A stretch of 64,000 nucleotides of DNA from Gammaproteobacteria bacterium (GTDB lineage: Bacteria; Pseudomonadota; Gammaproteobacteria; GCA-001735895): contig JBPEYE010000392.1 in assembly GCA_052030825.1 (NCBI GenBank), positions 10,012-74,011 on the forward strand, given 5' to 3'. Position numbers and translations under genes: made by a program. Within the stretch, counting starts at the first letter, position 1, and every line of letters starts with the position of its first letter. Under the pieces are notes generated by a model. The model was not told the DNA's origin. It did no database searches and saw only the letters and a program-made list of their open reading frames with translations. Shown here piece after piece: positions 38,016 to 48,469 of this stretch.

Positions 38016-39593
38016 TCAGGCGAACGGTTCCGGCGCCCGCCAGTTGAACAACGGCGCGGCCGCGCGAACCCGTTGGCGCTGCCGGCGAAACCGCTCGCGC
38101 AACGCGGCCGGCGCGTTATCCGGGCCACCGAGCGCGCGGTAGATGCCGAGTTCCGAATCGGCGGTTTTTTCGCCGCCGACGAAGATCGCGTCACTGTCGG
38201 CGCACAGCCCGGCGAGCGCGCGGTAGTAGTCGGCGCGTCGCTCGAGGAGGAATTCACGCGCGGCAATAAAGCGTTCAGGATCGTCGGCGCTCATCGTCAC
38301 CCGGTTGTGCGGATCGACGCCGAACGGGTTCAAATGGCCGTAGACCAGGATCTCGCCGTCGATGTCGTCCTGAGCCCGGTAATAGGCGTCGACCGCGGCG
38401 ACGTACTCGCGGTTGATTTGCCACATCCGCGTCATCGCCGCTTCGACCTTATCCAGCGGCAGGCGGATATCGGCATCGGTGTGATTCTTGTAAACCTGGC
38501 GGCGCGGCGGCCGCTGCATGCGCGCGGCGTAGGGAATCGCCTCGCGAACCGCGCGCATGACTTCCGGATCGTTGAAGATTTCCGCATGCTCGAGATCGAT
38601 GCCGGCCAGCGTAAAACGTTCGCCTTCGGCGTCGTCCAGCAGGGTGCCGAGGAAGTCGTCGATCGAGCCGTCACCGAGTCCGCTGACGAAAATCAGCCCG
38701 TCGGCGCCGGCGGCTGCGATCTTGCGCTCCAGCGCGCGCGCGTGGGGGCCGGCCGGGTTGCGGTCGGCAACCGCGAGCAGCGGCTGCATCGACGCGCGGC
38801 TGACGTGTTCGAGACCGAGAATCAGCGCGCTGTCGCCGGCTGCGGAGGCGACCGTATCGCCATCGAATTCGAGCCAGGCATGGCCGGCGAGATGCGCCAG
38901 CAGGCGCGCGAGGTTTTCGGGTACGTCGTCGACCGGCAGCGCGAACGAAATTTCGTTGGCCGGGAAGCGGTGATAGCGGCAGCGCAGCGCGCCGATCATG
39001 CCGCTCCAGCCGTAGGTGCCGGCATAGTCGGCAACCGCAGCGCCGTCGACGGTCGTGAGTTTTTCGCCGTCGTGCAGCGCAATCGCGTCGACGCTGTCGC
39101 TGAAGTAACGTCGTTGCGGCCCCATGCCGCCGGTCATGAAGGTGGCGCCGACCGCGGCATATTGATAGCTGGTCAGATCGGCCCCGGGCACGCGAAAGCC
39201 GCGCCCCAGCTGCTCCTCGAGTGCGCGGCTCAACTGGTCGAGGGTGACCGCGGCGCCGGCGCCCACCCGTTGTCGGCCTTCGTCGATGACGATTTCGTCG
39301 AGTTCGAGCGCGGCCGGGTCGGCGACCTCGCCGACGCGAACGCGGGGCTCGGGTGGCGCATCGAGACGCAGGCCGATGACGGTGCTCCCCGGCGGTTTCG
39401 GCGCCTGGAATATGCCGCCGGCGCCGGAAGTGCCCGACATCGGCAACAGGCGCAGGGCGTCGCCATATCGCTCCACGAGCGCCCGGATCGCCGCGTCGAG
39501 GTCGCGACGCAACGGGAAGCCGACGTCGAAAACGACCGCATTGTTCTCGCCGTCGGTGGCCTGCTCGAAGGGGTTGCCCAACACGCCGTTCAT
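38016..39593 (-). CDS. Hypothetical 525-aa protein, possibly an FAD-linked oxidase (PCMH-type FAD-binding domain)
   Basis: A long ORF with protein-like composition. The N-terminal LLPMSGTSGAGG...VIGLRLD resembles FAD_binding_4 motifs. It is convergent with the B12-domain gene. Confidence 0.5.
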   Translation of the reverse strand: MNGVLGNPFEQATDGENNAVVFDVGFPLRRDLDAAIRALVERYGDALRLLPMSGTSGAGGIFQAPKPPGSTVIGLRLDAPPEPRVRVGEVADPAALELDEIVIDEGRQRVGAGAAVTLDQLSRALEEQLGRGFRVPGADLTSYQYAAVGATFMTGGMGPQRRYFSDSVDAIALHDGEKLTTVDGAAVADYAGTYGWSGMIGALRCRYHRFPANEISFALPVDDVPENLARLLAHLAGHAWLEFDGDTVASAAGDSALILGLEHVSRASMQPLLAVADRNPAGPHARALERKIAAAGADGLIFVSGLGDGSIDDFLGTLLDDAEGERFTLAGIDLEHAEIFNDPEVMRAVREAIPYAARMQRPPRRQVYKNHTDADIRLPLDKVEAAMTRMWQINREYVAAVDAYYRAQDDIDGEILVYGHLNPFGVDPHNRVTMSADDPERFIAAREFLLERRADYYRALAGLCADSDAIFVGGEKTADSELGIYRALGGPDNAPAALRERFRRQRQRVRAAAPLFNWRAPEPFA

Positions 39594-39608
39594 CGCGCCG
39601 CCCCGGGA

Positions 39609-42263
39609 TCAGGCCGCCTTGCGCGCATCGAGCGCGCGCTTCAGTTTCCGCGCGAGCTCGTCGAGCATCGCCTCGTCGGTAATCGCCTCGCCGTCGGCCG
39701 TCGTCAGGTAAAAGATATCGTCGATCTTTTCGCCGAGCGTCGAGATCTTGGCGTGGGTGATATCGATGTCCATTTCGGCAATGACATTGGCGATGACCGA
39801 CAGCATTCCGGGCATGTCGAGCGCGCTGATTTCCATCACCGTGCGGCCGTTGAGGTAGTCCTGCTCGAACTGGACCTCGGTCGGGTGATCGAAGGCCTTG
39901 AGGTGCCGCGGCGGGCGCACGTGATACTCGCCGGCGTAAATCGAGTCCGAGCGCAGCGCGACAAGCAGCTTTTGCCGGATTTGCGCGATCAGTTCGGGGT
40001 CGGTAACCGGCTGGTTATTCTGATCCTGGATGATGAAGGTATCCATGATCTTGCCGTCGCTGGTGGTGAAAATCTCGGCGTTCAGAATCGACAGGCCGAG
40101 CGCGCCGATGGTGCCGGTGACTTGCGAAAACGCGTGCGCGACTTCGTCGGCGTAGACGAACAGCTTGGTATTCTTGGTATGGCGAGCCTGGCGCACGCTG
40201 ACCAGGATCGGCTCGTTCGGGTGGCTCAGTATCTGGTCGACGTGCCAGCGTACCTCGAGCGGATGATGGCGCAGGAAGTAATCGCCCGGCACCCCGTCGC
40301 AGACCGATGCGATCTGCGCGGCCGAGTAGGGCAGGTCGCTCATCGTCTCCATCGCCGCGTCGCGATTTTCGCGGATGATTTCGTCGATATCGGGCGCATG
40401 CTCGATGCCACGGCGAATGACCTTCTTGGTCGCCTGGTAGAGCTGCTTGAGCAGCGCGTCCTTCCAGTTGTTCCACAGCTTCGGGTTGGTGCTGCGAATG
40501 TCGGCCACGGTCAGCAGATACAGGTAATTCAGCATGTTCATGCTGCCGATCTGGCGCGCGAATTCGCGCACCACGTCGGGATCGCTGATGTCCTTGCGTT
40601 GCGCGGTTACGGACATCAGCAGGTGGTCGCGCACGAGCTGCGAGACGATCCGGGTTTCCTTGCGATTGAGCTTGTGCTGGACGCAGAAACGGGTGGCCTC
40701 CTCGGCGCCGAGGATCGAGTGATCGCCGCCGCGTCCTTTGGCGATGTCGTGAAACAGGGCGGCGATATACAGCAGCGTCGGGTTTTCGAGCTTGCTGTAG
40801 ACGTAGTTGCAAAACGGAAACTCGTCCTCGTGCTTCTTCAGCGCGAAGCGGCGCAGATTGCGAATCACGAAGATGGTGTGCTGATCGACGGTATAGGCAT
40901 GAAACAGGTCGTACTGCATGCGCCCGGTAATCTTGCCGAAAGCCGGAATGTAGGCGGCGAGGAAGCCGTAGGAATTCATCCGCCGCATCTGGTGGGTCAT
41001 GCCGCTCGGCGCGCTCATCAGCTGCATGAACAATCGGTTGACCTCGGCATTGTTACGGAACGCATCGTCGACGAGATAGAGGTGCTCGCGCACGAGGCGG
41101 ATCGTCGCCGCGGTAACGCCTGCGCAGCGCTCGTTGAGCGAGACCAGCAGGAACAGTTCGACCAGCGCCGGCGGATGTCGTTTGAAGACCTCCGGATCAG
41201 TGACTTCGATGAAGTCGTTGCGCAGCCGGAAGCGCTCGTTCAACGGCTTGATCTTGCCCTTCGAGCCGGACAGGAGGATCTCTTCGCGAAAGATTTGCAG
41301 CAGCATCTCGCTCAGGCGTTCGAGTTCCATGATGGTGCGGTAATACTGCTGCATGAATTGCTCGATCGCGAGATTGTGCTCGCCGGAGACGAAACCGAAG
41401 GCTTCGGCGATCCGGTTCTGATAATCGAACAGCAGCCGATCCTCGCGGCGCCCGGCCAGGCGATGCAGCGCGAAACGCACCCGCCACAGGTGTTTTTGCC
41501 CGGCGTCGAGATGCGCGTACTCGGCCTCGGTCAGAAATCCGTGCTCGACGAGCTCGTGCAGCGACTTGGCGCCGTAATGACGTTTCGCAACCCAGCCGAT
41601 GATCTGGATGTCGCGCAAGCCGCCGGGACCCTCCTTGATATTCGGCTCGAGGTTGTAGGCGGTGTCGTTGAAACGCTGGTGGCGCGCGCGCTGCTCGTCG
41701 AGCTTGGCCTCGAAAAATTGCCGCGACGACCACAGCTTGCGCGGCGAGATCGCCTGCTCGAACTTCGCGTAGAGCTTCTCATTGCCGTCGACCAATCGCG
41801 ACTCGATCATGTTGGTCATGACGGTGACGTCGGCCTTGCCCTGGGCAACGCAATCGCGCACGCTGCGCACGCTGTGTCCGACCTCGAGGCCGAGGTCCCA
41901 GAGCAGCGTCAGAAATGCCGCGATCTTGCGTTCGAGCTCGCGGTCTGCTTTCTTCTCGAGCAGGATCATCAGGTCGATGTCGGAGCCGGGCAGGATCTCC
42001 GAGCGACCGTAGCCGCCGACCGCGACGAGCGCCGGCCCGCGTGCCCGCGAGCTGCCGAAAAAGTGATCGAAACAGAAGCGCAGCAGGCGATCGATGACCC
42101 CGGCGCCGACATGTACCAGTTCGGCGGTGTCGACGCCGGCGTCGAAATCCTGGTAAATTCGCGCGCGCGCCTGCTCGAGCGCGGCGGCCAGCGGCGCCGG
42201 TCGCGACAGCGCGTTCGCGTCCGCGCGCGCGAGCGCCGCGTCGATGATTTCCAGAGGTCCCAC
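39609..42263 (-). CDS. glnD: [Protein-PII] uridylyltransferase / uridylyl-removing enzyme
   Basis: Nucleotidyltransferase motif GGYGRSEILPGSDIDL, an HD domain (HDIAKG) and two C-terminal ACT domains. Confidence 0.95.
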   Translation of the reverse strand: MGPLEIIDAALARADANALSRPAPLAAALEQARARIYQDFDAGVDTAELVHVGAGVIDRLLRFCFDHFFGSSRARGPALVAVGGYGRSEILPGSDIDLMILLEKKADRELERKIAAFLTLLWDLGLEVGHSVRSVRDCVAQGKADVTVMTNMIESRLVDGNEKLYAKFEQAISPRKLWSSRQFFEAKLDEQRARHQRFNDTAYNLEPNIKEGPGGLRDIQIIGWVAKRHYGAKSLHELVEHGFLTEAEYAHLDAGQKHLWRVRFALHRLAGRREDRLLFDYQNRIAEAFGFVSGEHNLAIEQFMQQYYRTIMELERLSEMLLQIFREEILLSGSKGKIKPLNERFRLRNDFIEVTDPEVFKRHPPALVELFLLVSLNERCAGVTAATIRLVREHLYLVDDAFRNNAEVNRLFMQLMSAPSGMTHQMRRMNSYGFLAAYIPAFGKITGRMQYDLFHAYTVDQHTIFVIRNLRRFALKKHEDEFPFCNYVYSKLENPTLLYIAALFHDIAKGRGGDHSILGAEEATRFCVQHKLNRKETRIVSQLVRDHLLMSVTAQRKDISDPDVVREFARQIGSMNMLNYLYLLTVADIRSTNPKLWNNWKDALLKQLYQATKKVIRRGIEHAPDIDEIIRENRDAAMETMSDLPYSAAQIASVCDGVPGDYFLRHHPLEVRWHVDQILSHPNEPILVSVRQARHTKNTKLFVYADEVAHAFSQVTGTIGALGLSILNAEIFTTSDGKIMDTFIIQDQNNQPVTDPELIAQIRQKLLVALRSDSIYAGEYHVRPPRHLKAFDHPTEVQFEQDYLNGRTVMEISALDMPGMLSVIANVIAEMDIDITHAKISTLGEKIDDIFYLTTADGEAITDEAMLDELARKLKRALDARKAA

Positions 42264-42264
42264 T

Positions 42265-43032
42265 TCAGAACCCGTAGTCGGGATGCAGAGTCAGCACTTC
42301 GAAGCCGTCTTCGGTGACCAGGTTGGTATGCTCCCACTGTGCCGACAGACTGTGGTCCTTGGTCACCACGGTCCAGTCGTCGGGCAGCAGCTTGACCTGC
42401 CGGCGGCCAAGGTTGACCATCGGCTCGACGGTGAAGGTCATGCCCGGCTCGAGCATCAGCCCGGTGCCCGGCTTGCCGTAGTGCAGCACCTGCGGATCTT
42501 CGTGAAACACCTTGCCGATGCCGTGGCCGCAGTACTCGCGCACGATCGAGCAATTATTGCGCTCGGCATGGCTCTGGATCGCGTGGCCGATATCGCCGAG
42601 GCGGATGCCGGGCCGAATCATTTCGATGCCGATTTTCATGCATTCGTAGGCAATGCGGCAAATTCGTTCGCCCTGAACGGTGGGTTTGCCGACCTGGAAC
42701 ATGCGGCTGGTATCGCCGTGGTAGCCGTCCTTGATCACGGTGATATCGATGTTGATGATGTCGCCGTGCTTGAGCTTCTTGTCGCTCGGAATGCCGTGGC
42801 AGACGACATGGTTGACCGAGGTGCAAATCGATTTCGGGAAGCCGCGATAGTTGAGCGGTGCCGGAATGACGCCGAGCTCGTCGACCATGTAGTCGTGGCA
42901 GATGCGATCGAGCGTCTCGGTCGTGATCCCGGGCTCGACGTGCGGCTCGATCATGCGCAGCACGTCGGCCGCGAGCCGGCCGGCGACGCGCATCTTTTCG
43001 ATTTCGTCCGAGGTCTTGATCGTCACGCCCAC
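42265..43032 (-). CDS. map: Methionine aminopeptidase, type I
   Basis: [18 protein letters not shown]...metal ligands (D, D, H, E, E) are present. It is immediately upstream of glnD, as in E. coli. The likely GTG start is at 43026-43032; the track start at 43140 is too early. Confidence 0.9.
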   Translation of the reverse strand: MGVTIKTSDEIEKMRVAGRLAADVLRMIEPHVEPGITTETLDRICHDYMVDELGVIPAPLNYRGFPKSICTSVNHVVCHGIPSDKKLKHGDIINIDITVIKDGYHGDTSRMFQVGKPTVQGERICRIAYECMKIGIEMIRPGIRLGDIGHAIQSHAERNNCSIVREYCGHGIGKVFHEDPQVLHYGKPGTGLMLEPGMTFTVEPMVNLGRRQVKLLPDDWTVVTKDHSLSAQWEHTNLVTEDGFEVLTLHPDYGF

Positions 43033-43232
43033 CAATCTGCCGCCAGCCGGTTGTTGCGAAACCGCGATTATGTTATAAAGCGCGCGCCCTCGGCAACCGC
43101 GGGGTCCGGATTCGCCCGGAACCCGCCGGCCGGCGGCCAATTAACGACACACACATGCCGACAACGCCCTCATGGGTGCCCGTGATACCAGTGAGCGGGT
43201 CGTGTGCGGCGGGCATGTGGAGGCTTAACCCC

Positions 43233-43251
43233 GGTCGGCAAATTGCCGACC
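43233..43251 (+). promoter_or_regulatory. Perfect 9-bp-stem hairpin GGTCGGCAA-A-TTGCCGACC in the rpsB 5' leader, ~20 nt upstream of the start codon
   Basis: Read directly from the sequence. Its position is consistent with an S2 autoregulatory leader structure, which is established knowledge for gammaproteobacterial rpsB-tsf operons. Confidence 0.4.
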
Positions 43252-43271
43252 AACTGACATCTGGAGCAACC

Positions 43272-44537
43272 ATGTCTAATTTCACGATGCGTGAAATGTT
43301 GGAAGCGGGCGTGCATTTCGGTCACCAGACCCGTTTCTGGAACCCGAAGATGGCACCGTTCATTTTCGGCGAGCGCAACAAGATTCACATCATCAATCTC
43401 GAGCAGACCCTGCCGCTGTGCAAGGATGCGACCAATTATCTCGGCAAGGTCGCGTCGAAAAAGGGCAAGATCCTGTTCGTCGGCACCAAGCGTGCCGCCA
43501 GCGACGCGCTCCGCGAGGAAGCCCAGCGCTGCGGAATGCCGTACGTCAACCATCGCTGGCTTGGCGGCATGCTGACCAATTTCCGCACCGTGCGCGCGTC
43601 GATCAAGCGCCTCAAGGAACTCGAGGAAATGGCCGAGAGCAATTCCTACGAAAAGATCAACAAGAAGGAAATCCTGCAGCTGTCGCGCGAGCAGGAAAAG
43701 CTCGAGAAAACGCTCGGCGGGATCAAGGACATGGGTGGCCTGCCCGACGCGCTGTTCGTCATCGATGTCGGCTACGAAAAGATTGCAGTTCAGGAAGCGG
43801 TCAAGCTCGGTATCCCGGTTGTCGGCGTCGTCGACACCAATAATTCGCCCGATGAGATCGACTACATCATCCCGGGTAACGACGACTCGATGCGGGCCAT
43901 ACGCCTGTACGCGCGCCTCGCCGCCGACGCGATTCTCGAAGGCAAGCAGAGCATCGTCGCCGGCGTCGACGGTGACGACGAATTGATCGAGGTCGAAGGC
44001 GAAGCCGAGGCCGCGCCCCGGGTCAAGATCAGTAGCAAGGTCCCGGCCGCCGGAGCGGCCAAGAGCGAAGCGCTCGATCCCGCCGCGGCGGTCGCCGAGG
44101 CCGAACTCGAGGCCGCGAGCGGCGACGACGGCGAAACCGCCGAGCCGAGCGCGACATCGGCGCAAGCCGCCGCGACCGAGGTCGAGGCGCCAGCCGAACC
44201 CGAGCCGGCCGCCGAACCCGAGCCGGCGGTTGAAACCAAGCCGGCCGCTGAAACCGAGCCGGTCGCGGAAACCAAGCCGGTCGCGGAAGCCGAGTCGGCC
44301 GTCGAAGCCGAAGCCTCCGACGAAACCGAGCCGGCCGCCGAACCCGAACCGCAGGCCGCCACCGAGACCGGCGCGGACGAAGACGCCGAACCCGCGGCGG
44401 CCGCGCCCAAGAAAGCCGCCACCAAGAAGGCCGCCACCAAGAAGGCGGCGACCAAGAAAGCCGCCACCAAGAAGGCGGCGACCAAGAAGGCAGCAAGCAA
44501 GAAAGCCGCCACCAAGAAGGCGGCGACCAAGGATTAA
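43272..44537 (+). CDS. rpsB: 30S ribosomal protein S2 with an unusual ~170-aa low-complexity C-terminal extension (acidic/Pro-Ala-rich, then KKAAT repeats)
   Basis: [27 protein letters not shown] is the S2 core (~250 aa). An in-frame tail follows: [12 protein letters not shown]-type repeats, then 8x KKAAT. The ATG at 43272 has a GGAGCAACC Shine-Dalgarno. The track start at 43155 is too early. Confidence 0.9.
   Translation: MSNFTMREMLEAGVHFGHQTRFWNPKMAPFIFGERNKIHIINLEQTLPLCKDATNYLGKVASKKGKILFVGTKRAASDALREEAQRCGMPYVNHRWLGGMLTNFRTVRASIKRLKELEEMAESNSYEKINKKEILQLSREQEKLEKTLGGIKDMGGLPDALFVIDVGYEKIAVQEAVKLGIPVVGVVDTNNSPDEIDYIIPGNDDSMRAIRLYARLAADAILEGKQSIVAGVDGDDELIEVEGEAEAAPRVKISSKVPAAGAAKSEALDPAAAVAEAELEAASGDDGETAEPSATSAQAAATEVEAPAEPEPAAEPEPAVETKPAAETEPVAETKPVAEAESAVEAEASDETEPAAEPEPQAATETGADEDAEPAAAAPKKAATKKAATKKAATKKAATKKAATKKAASKKAATKKAATKD
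44409..44528 (+). repeat. Eight tandem 15-nt coding repeats (AAGAAGGCSGCSACC) encoding (KKAAT)8 at the 3' end of rpsB
   Basis: Read directly from the sequence. The units are in frame with rpsB, and degenerate PAxExE hexapeptide repeats precede them (44170-44400). Confidence 0.9.
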
Positions 44538-44578
44538 TCGGGATCCGCCGAAACGGCGACCAAACACGAGGTATCGAA

Positions 44579-45451
44579 GTGACAATCACAGCAGCATTAG
44601 TCAAGGAACTGCGCGAACGCACCGGCGCCGGCATGATGGAGTGCAAGAAGGCGCTCCAGGAAACCGACGGCGACATCGAGGCCGCCGCGGAATTGATGCG
44701 CAAGTCCGGCGCCGCCAAGGCCGACAAGAAGGCGGGGCGGGTCGCCGCCGACGGCGCGATCAAGGTCAGCGTCAGCGATGACGGAAAAACCGCGGTGATT
44801 CTCGAAGTGAATTCCGAAACCGATTTCGTCGCCAAGGACGAGAATTTCCAGGCTTTTGCCGATGCGGCCGCCGCGCTGTCGCTCGCCGAGCGACCGGATT
44901 CGGTCGAAGCCCTGCTGGCGTTGTCGATGGCCGACGGCCAGAGCGTCGAAGCGGCGCGCCAGGCGTTGATCGGCAAGGTTGGCGAGAACATCCAGCTGCG
45001 GCGGTTCGAAATCGTCACCGCCACCGGCAAGATCGCATCGTATTTGCACGGCGCTCGAATCGGTGTGCTCGTCGATTCCGATGCCGACGCGGAGCTGGCG
45101 CGTGACATCGCGATGCATATTGCCGCGTCGAGCCCGCAATTCGTCGACCGGAACTCGATTCCGGCCGAGTTTGTCGACAAGGAAAAGGCGATCCTCGTCG
45201 CCCAGGCGGAGTCGAGCGGCAAGCCGCCGGAAATCATCGAGAAGATGATTCAGGGCCGACTCAACAAGTTTCTCGGCGAGATCACGCTGCTCGGACAGCC
45301 GTTCGTCAAGGATCCGGACCAGACCGTGGGCGAGTTGCTGAAGGCTGCCAATGCGAACGTCAAGCGCTACGTGCGCTACGAAGTCGGCGAAGGCATCGAC
45401 AAGAAGGTCGAGGACTTCGCCGCCGAGGTGGCCTCGCAGCTCAAGTCCTGA
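44579..45451 (+). CDS. tsf: Elongation factor Ts
   Basis: [26 protein letters not shown]-like N-terminus plus the dimerisation core. GTG start with a GAGG Shine-Dalgarno. Confidence 0.95.
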   Translation: MTITAALVKELRERTGAGMMECKKALQETDGDIEAAAELMRKSGAAKADKKAGRVAADGAIKVSVSDDGKTAVILEVNSETDFVAKDENFQAFADAAAALSLAERPDSVEALLALSMADGQSVEAARQALIGKVGENIQLRRFEIVTATGKIASYLHGARIGVLVDSDADAELARDIAMHIAASSPQFVDRNSIPAEFVDKEKAILVAQAESSGKPPEIIEKMIQGRLNKFLGEITLLGQPFVKDPDQTVGELLKAANANVKRYVRYEVGEGIDKKVEDFAAEVASQLKS

Positions 45452-45457
45452 TCGGTG

Positions 45458-45486
45458 CCGGCCGCGAAAATCGCGGCCTTTTTTTT
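45458..45486 (+). terminator. Rho-independent terminator after tsf (CCGGCCGCG-aaaat-CGCGGCC + T8)
   Basis: A GC-rich stem-loop followed by 8 T residues, read directly from the sequence. Confidence 0.8.
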
Positions 45487-45602
45487 GGCGGTGACCGCAA
45501 GGGCGGGCTATTGCGCTTAATATCCCGTCGCATAACGGCTAAACTCGCGCCCTGCGGACGGCCTGCGCCAGCGCCCGGGCCCGACGCGCTCGAGAGGTAC
45601 GG

Positions 45603-46334
45603 ATGAAAAAGCTCAAACATCGACGGCTCCTGGTCAAGCTCAGTGGCGAGGCGTTGCTCGGCCAGCGCGCGGCAGGCATCGACCCGGCCATGCTCGACCG
45701 GCTCGCCGTCGAGCTGCAGGCGCTCGCCGAGGCCGGTGTCGAAGTCGGTTGCGTCATCGGGGGTGGCAACCTGTTTCGCGGTGCCGGGCTCGCCGCGGGC
45801 GGACTCGACCGGGTCACCGGCGACCAGATGGGAATGCTGGCGACGGTCATGAATGCACTGGCGCTGGCCGACAACCTGCGCCGCCGGGGCGCCGACGCGG
45901 CGGTTATGTCGGGGCTCGATATGCCGCAGATCTGCGATCGCTACACCCAGCGCGATGCGCGCCGGCGAATTGCCGCCGGCGAAATCCTGATATTCGCCGC
46001 CGGCACCGGCAGTCCTTATTTCACGACCGATACCGCTGCCAGCCTGCGCGCGATCGAAATCCGGGCCGACCTGATGATCAAGGCCACGCGGGTCGACGGA
46101 ATCTACGACCGGGACCCGCTCGAGTACCCCGACGCGCAGCGTTTCGATATTCTCGATTTCGACGAAGCCATCGATCGCAGGCTCGCGGTCATGGATGTGG
46201 CGGCCATGATTTTATGTAATGATAACGGGTTAGACTTGGTGGTTTGCGACATCAACCAGTCAGGTGCTTTGCTGGGTCTCGCGCAGGGCAAGGCCATCGG
46301 CACCCGGGTCACCTGCAAAGAGGTAACACGATGA
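45603..46334 (+). CDS. pyrH: UMP kinase
   Basis: [10 protein letters not shown]...GGGNLFRG is the amino-acid-kinase fold with the PyrH signature. Confidence 0.95.
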   Translation: MKKLKHRRLLVKLSGEALLGQRAAGIDPAMLDRLAVELQALAEAGVEVGCVIGGGNLFRGAGLAAGGLDRVTGDQMGMLATVMNALALADNLRRRGADAAVMSGLDMPQICDRYTQRDARRRIAAGEILIFAAGTGSPYFTTDTAASLRAIEIRADLMIKATRVDGIYDRDPLEYPDAQRFDILDFDEAIDRRLAVMDVAAMILCNDNGLDLVVCDINQSGALLGLAQGKAIGTRVTCKEVTR

Positions 46335-46888
46335 TCGAAGATATCAAGCAAGACGCTCGCACGCGGATGCACAAGAGCATCGAGGCGTTTCAGGCCGAGC
46401 TTTCCAAGATCCGCACCGGCCGCGCGCACCCGAGCCTGCTTAACCATGTCCAGGTGGACTACTACGGCAGCGAGGTGCCGATCGGCCAGGCCGCCAATAT
46501 CACGGTCGAGGATGCCCGCACGCTGGCGGTCACGCCGTGGGACAAGTCGATGGTCGCGGTCATCGAGAAAGCGATTTTGACCTCGGACCTCGGGCTCAAC
46601 CCGTCGACCGCGGGCAACGTCATTCGCGTGCCGATGCCACCGTTGACCGAGGAACGACGCAAGGAACTGGTCCGGGTCGTTCGCGAACTGGCGGAAAACG
46701 CGCGCGTCGCGGTGCGTAACATTCGCCGCGACGCCAACCATGATTTGAAGGATCTGGCCAAGGACAAGGACATCTCCGAGGACGACGAGCATCGCGGCCA
46801 GGAACTCGTGCAAAAGGTAACCGACGAATCGGTCGAGGAGATCGACGCGCTGTTGCAGCAGAAAGAAAAGGAACTGATGGAGATCTGA
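46331..46888 (+). CDS. frr: Ribosome recycling factor
   Basis: [32 protein letters not shown] is the canonical RRF N-terminus. The ATG overlaps the pyrH stop (ATGA). The track start at 46244 is too early. Confidence 0.95.
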   Translation: MIEDIKQDARTRMHKSIEAFQAELSKIRTGRAHPSLLNHVQVDYYGSEVPIGQAANITVEDARTLAVTPWDKSMVAVIEKAILTSDLGLNPSTAGNVIRVPMPPLTEERRKELVRVVRELAENARVAVRNIRRDANHDLKDLAKDKDISEDDEHRGQELVQKVTDESVEEIDALLQQKEKELMEI

Positions 46889-46907
46889 GGCCGGTGCGCA
46901 GCACGAG

Positions 46908-47645
46908 ATGAATTCTGGTTTGCAGGCGCCACCGCGCCACGTCTGCATCATCATGGACGGCAATGGGCGCTGGGCGCGAAAGCGGCTGATGCCGCGCAGT
47001 TTCGGCCATCGCAAGGGCGTCGACGCGACCCGCGGCGCGATCGAGTTTTTCGCCCGCGCCGGGGTCGAGCACCTGACGCTTTATGCCTTCAGCAGCGAAA
47101 ACTGGAATCGTCCCGCCGACGAAGTCAGCCAGCTCATGGAGCTGTTTCTGCAATCGCTCGAGAATAATACGGCCGAACTCTGCGCGCAGGAGATCCGCAT
47201 TCGATTCATCGGCGATCGCGACCGCTTCGACGCAAAGCTTCGCGCGCAGCTGCAGGAATCCGAGCGTCTCACCCGCGACAACCGTCGGCTGACGGTAAAC
47301 GTCGCGGTCAACTACGGCGGCCACTGGGACCTGGTACAGGCGGCGCGCAAGCTGGCGCGCCGCGCGGCCGCCGGCGAACTGGATGCCGACTCGATCGACG
47401 ACGCGAGCTTTGCCGCCGAACTCGCGCTCGGCGACTGTCCCGAGGCTGATTTGTTCATTCGGACCGGCGGCGAGCAGCGGATCAGCAATTTCCTGCCGTG
47501 GCAACTGGCGTACGCCGAATTCTACTTTTGCGATACGCTGTGGCCGGATTTCGGTGAGGCGGAAATGCAGCAGGCGCTCGACGAGTTCGCCAACCGGCAA
47601 CGCCGCTTCGGCAAAACCGGCGAACAGCTCGAAGGCGCGTCCTGA
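46908..47645 (+). CDS. uppS: Ditrans,polycis-undecaprenyl-diphosphate synthase
   Basis: HVCIIMDGNGRWA...LTLYAFSSENWNRP are cis-prenyltransferase motifs. Confidence 0.95.
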   Translation: MNSGLQAPPRHVCIIMDGNGRWARKRLMPRSFGHRKGVDATRGAIEFFARAGVEHLTLYAFSSENWNRPADEVSQLMELFLQSLENNTAELCAQEIRIRFIGDRDRFDAKLRAQLQESERLTRDNRRLTVNVAVNYGGHWDLVQAARKLARRAAAGELDADSIDDASFAAELALGDCPEADLFIRTGGEQRISNFLPWQLAYAEFYFCDTLWPDFGEAEMQQALDEFANRQRRFGKTGEQLEGAS

Positions 47646-48469
47646 TGCTCAAACAGCGGGTCATTACCGGCGCAGTTCTCGCCATTTTATTCGTCGGTGC
47701 CATTCATTACGGCTCGAACCTGTGGGTCAGCATCCTGTTCGCGGTGGTTCTGTTTTCGGCCGCGCGCGAGCTCGTCGCGCTGACGCTGACCGCCCAGCTC
47801 GTCGCCAGCAGCCTGCTGGCCGCGATCTTCACGCTGGTCTTCTGGTGGTCGCTGCCGGTTTTGAAGACGGGCCCGGACTGGCTTTACTGGCAGACGCTCA
47901 CCGGCGCGGTCGCGTGGTGTCTGATCACGCTCGCATTGCCGCTTTACCGCCACAGCGGTCATTGGCCGCTGTTGGCGAGGGTGCTGGCGCTGGGATTCGG
48001 CCTCGACCTGCTGTGGATCTGCGGGCACGCGCTCGTTTTCCTGCACGCGGAATCGGCCGGTGGCTGGCTGCTGCTCTACGCGCTTTCCCTGGTATGGATC
48101 GCCGACATCGGTGCCTATTTCAGCGGTCGGCGATTCGGTAAGCACAAGCTCGCGCCGGCGATCAGTCCCGGCAAGACGCGCGAGGGTGTGCTCGGCGCAG
48201 TGCTGGCCAATCTCGTCTGGATCGCGACTATCTATATCGTTGCCAACGGCTTCGGGCTCGGCGTCGTTACCTTCGCTGCGATCAGCCTTGCGGCAGCATT
48301 ATTGTCGATCGGCGGCGATCTCGCAATCAGCGTGCTCAAGCGCGAGGCCGGGGTCAAGGACAGTGGCAAGCTGCTGCCCGGACACGGCGGCGTGCTCGAT
48401 CGCATCGACAGTATCATCGCCGCGGCGCCGGTATTCGCCGCCGGCTGGCTGCTGGCGGGCGCGGCATGA
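47645..48469 (+). CDS. cdsA: Phosphatidate cytidylyltransferase
   Basis: A polytopic membrane protein with the C-terminal CTP-transferase signature (SxxKRxxGVKDSGxLxPGHGGxLDRxDS). The ATG overlaps the uppS stop. Confidence 0.92.
   Translation: MLKQRVITGAVLAILFVGAIHYGSNLWVSILFAVVLFSAARELVALTLTAQLVASSLLAAIFTLVFWWSLPVLKTGPDWLYWQTLTGAVAWCLITLALPLYRHSGHWPLLARVLALGFGLDLLWICGHALVFLHAESAGGWLLLYALSLVWIADIGAYFSGRRFGKHKLAPAISPGKTREGVLGAVLANLVWIATIYIVANGFGLGVVTFAAISLAAALLSIGGDLAISVLKREAGVKDSGKLLPGHGGVLDRIDSIIAAAPVFAAGWLLAGAA

Noticed and set aside
44170-44537. CRISPR-like or microsatellite array suggested by regular 15-18-nt repeats.
   Set aside because: - The repeats are in-frame coding sequence of rpsB (PAxExE hexapeptides and KKAAT pentapeptides).
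- There are no spacers, no cas genes and no repeat-spacer periodicity.
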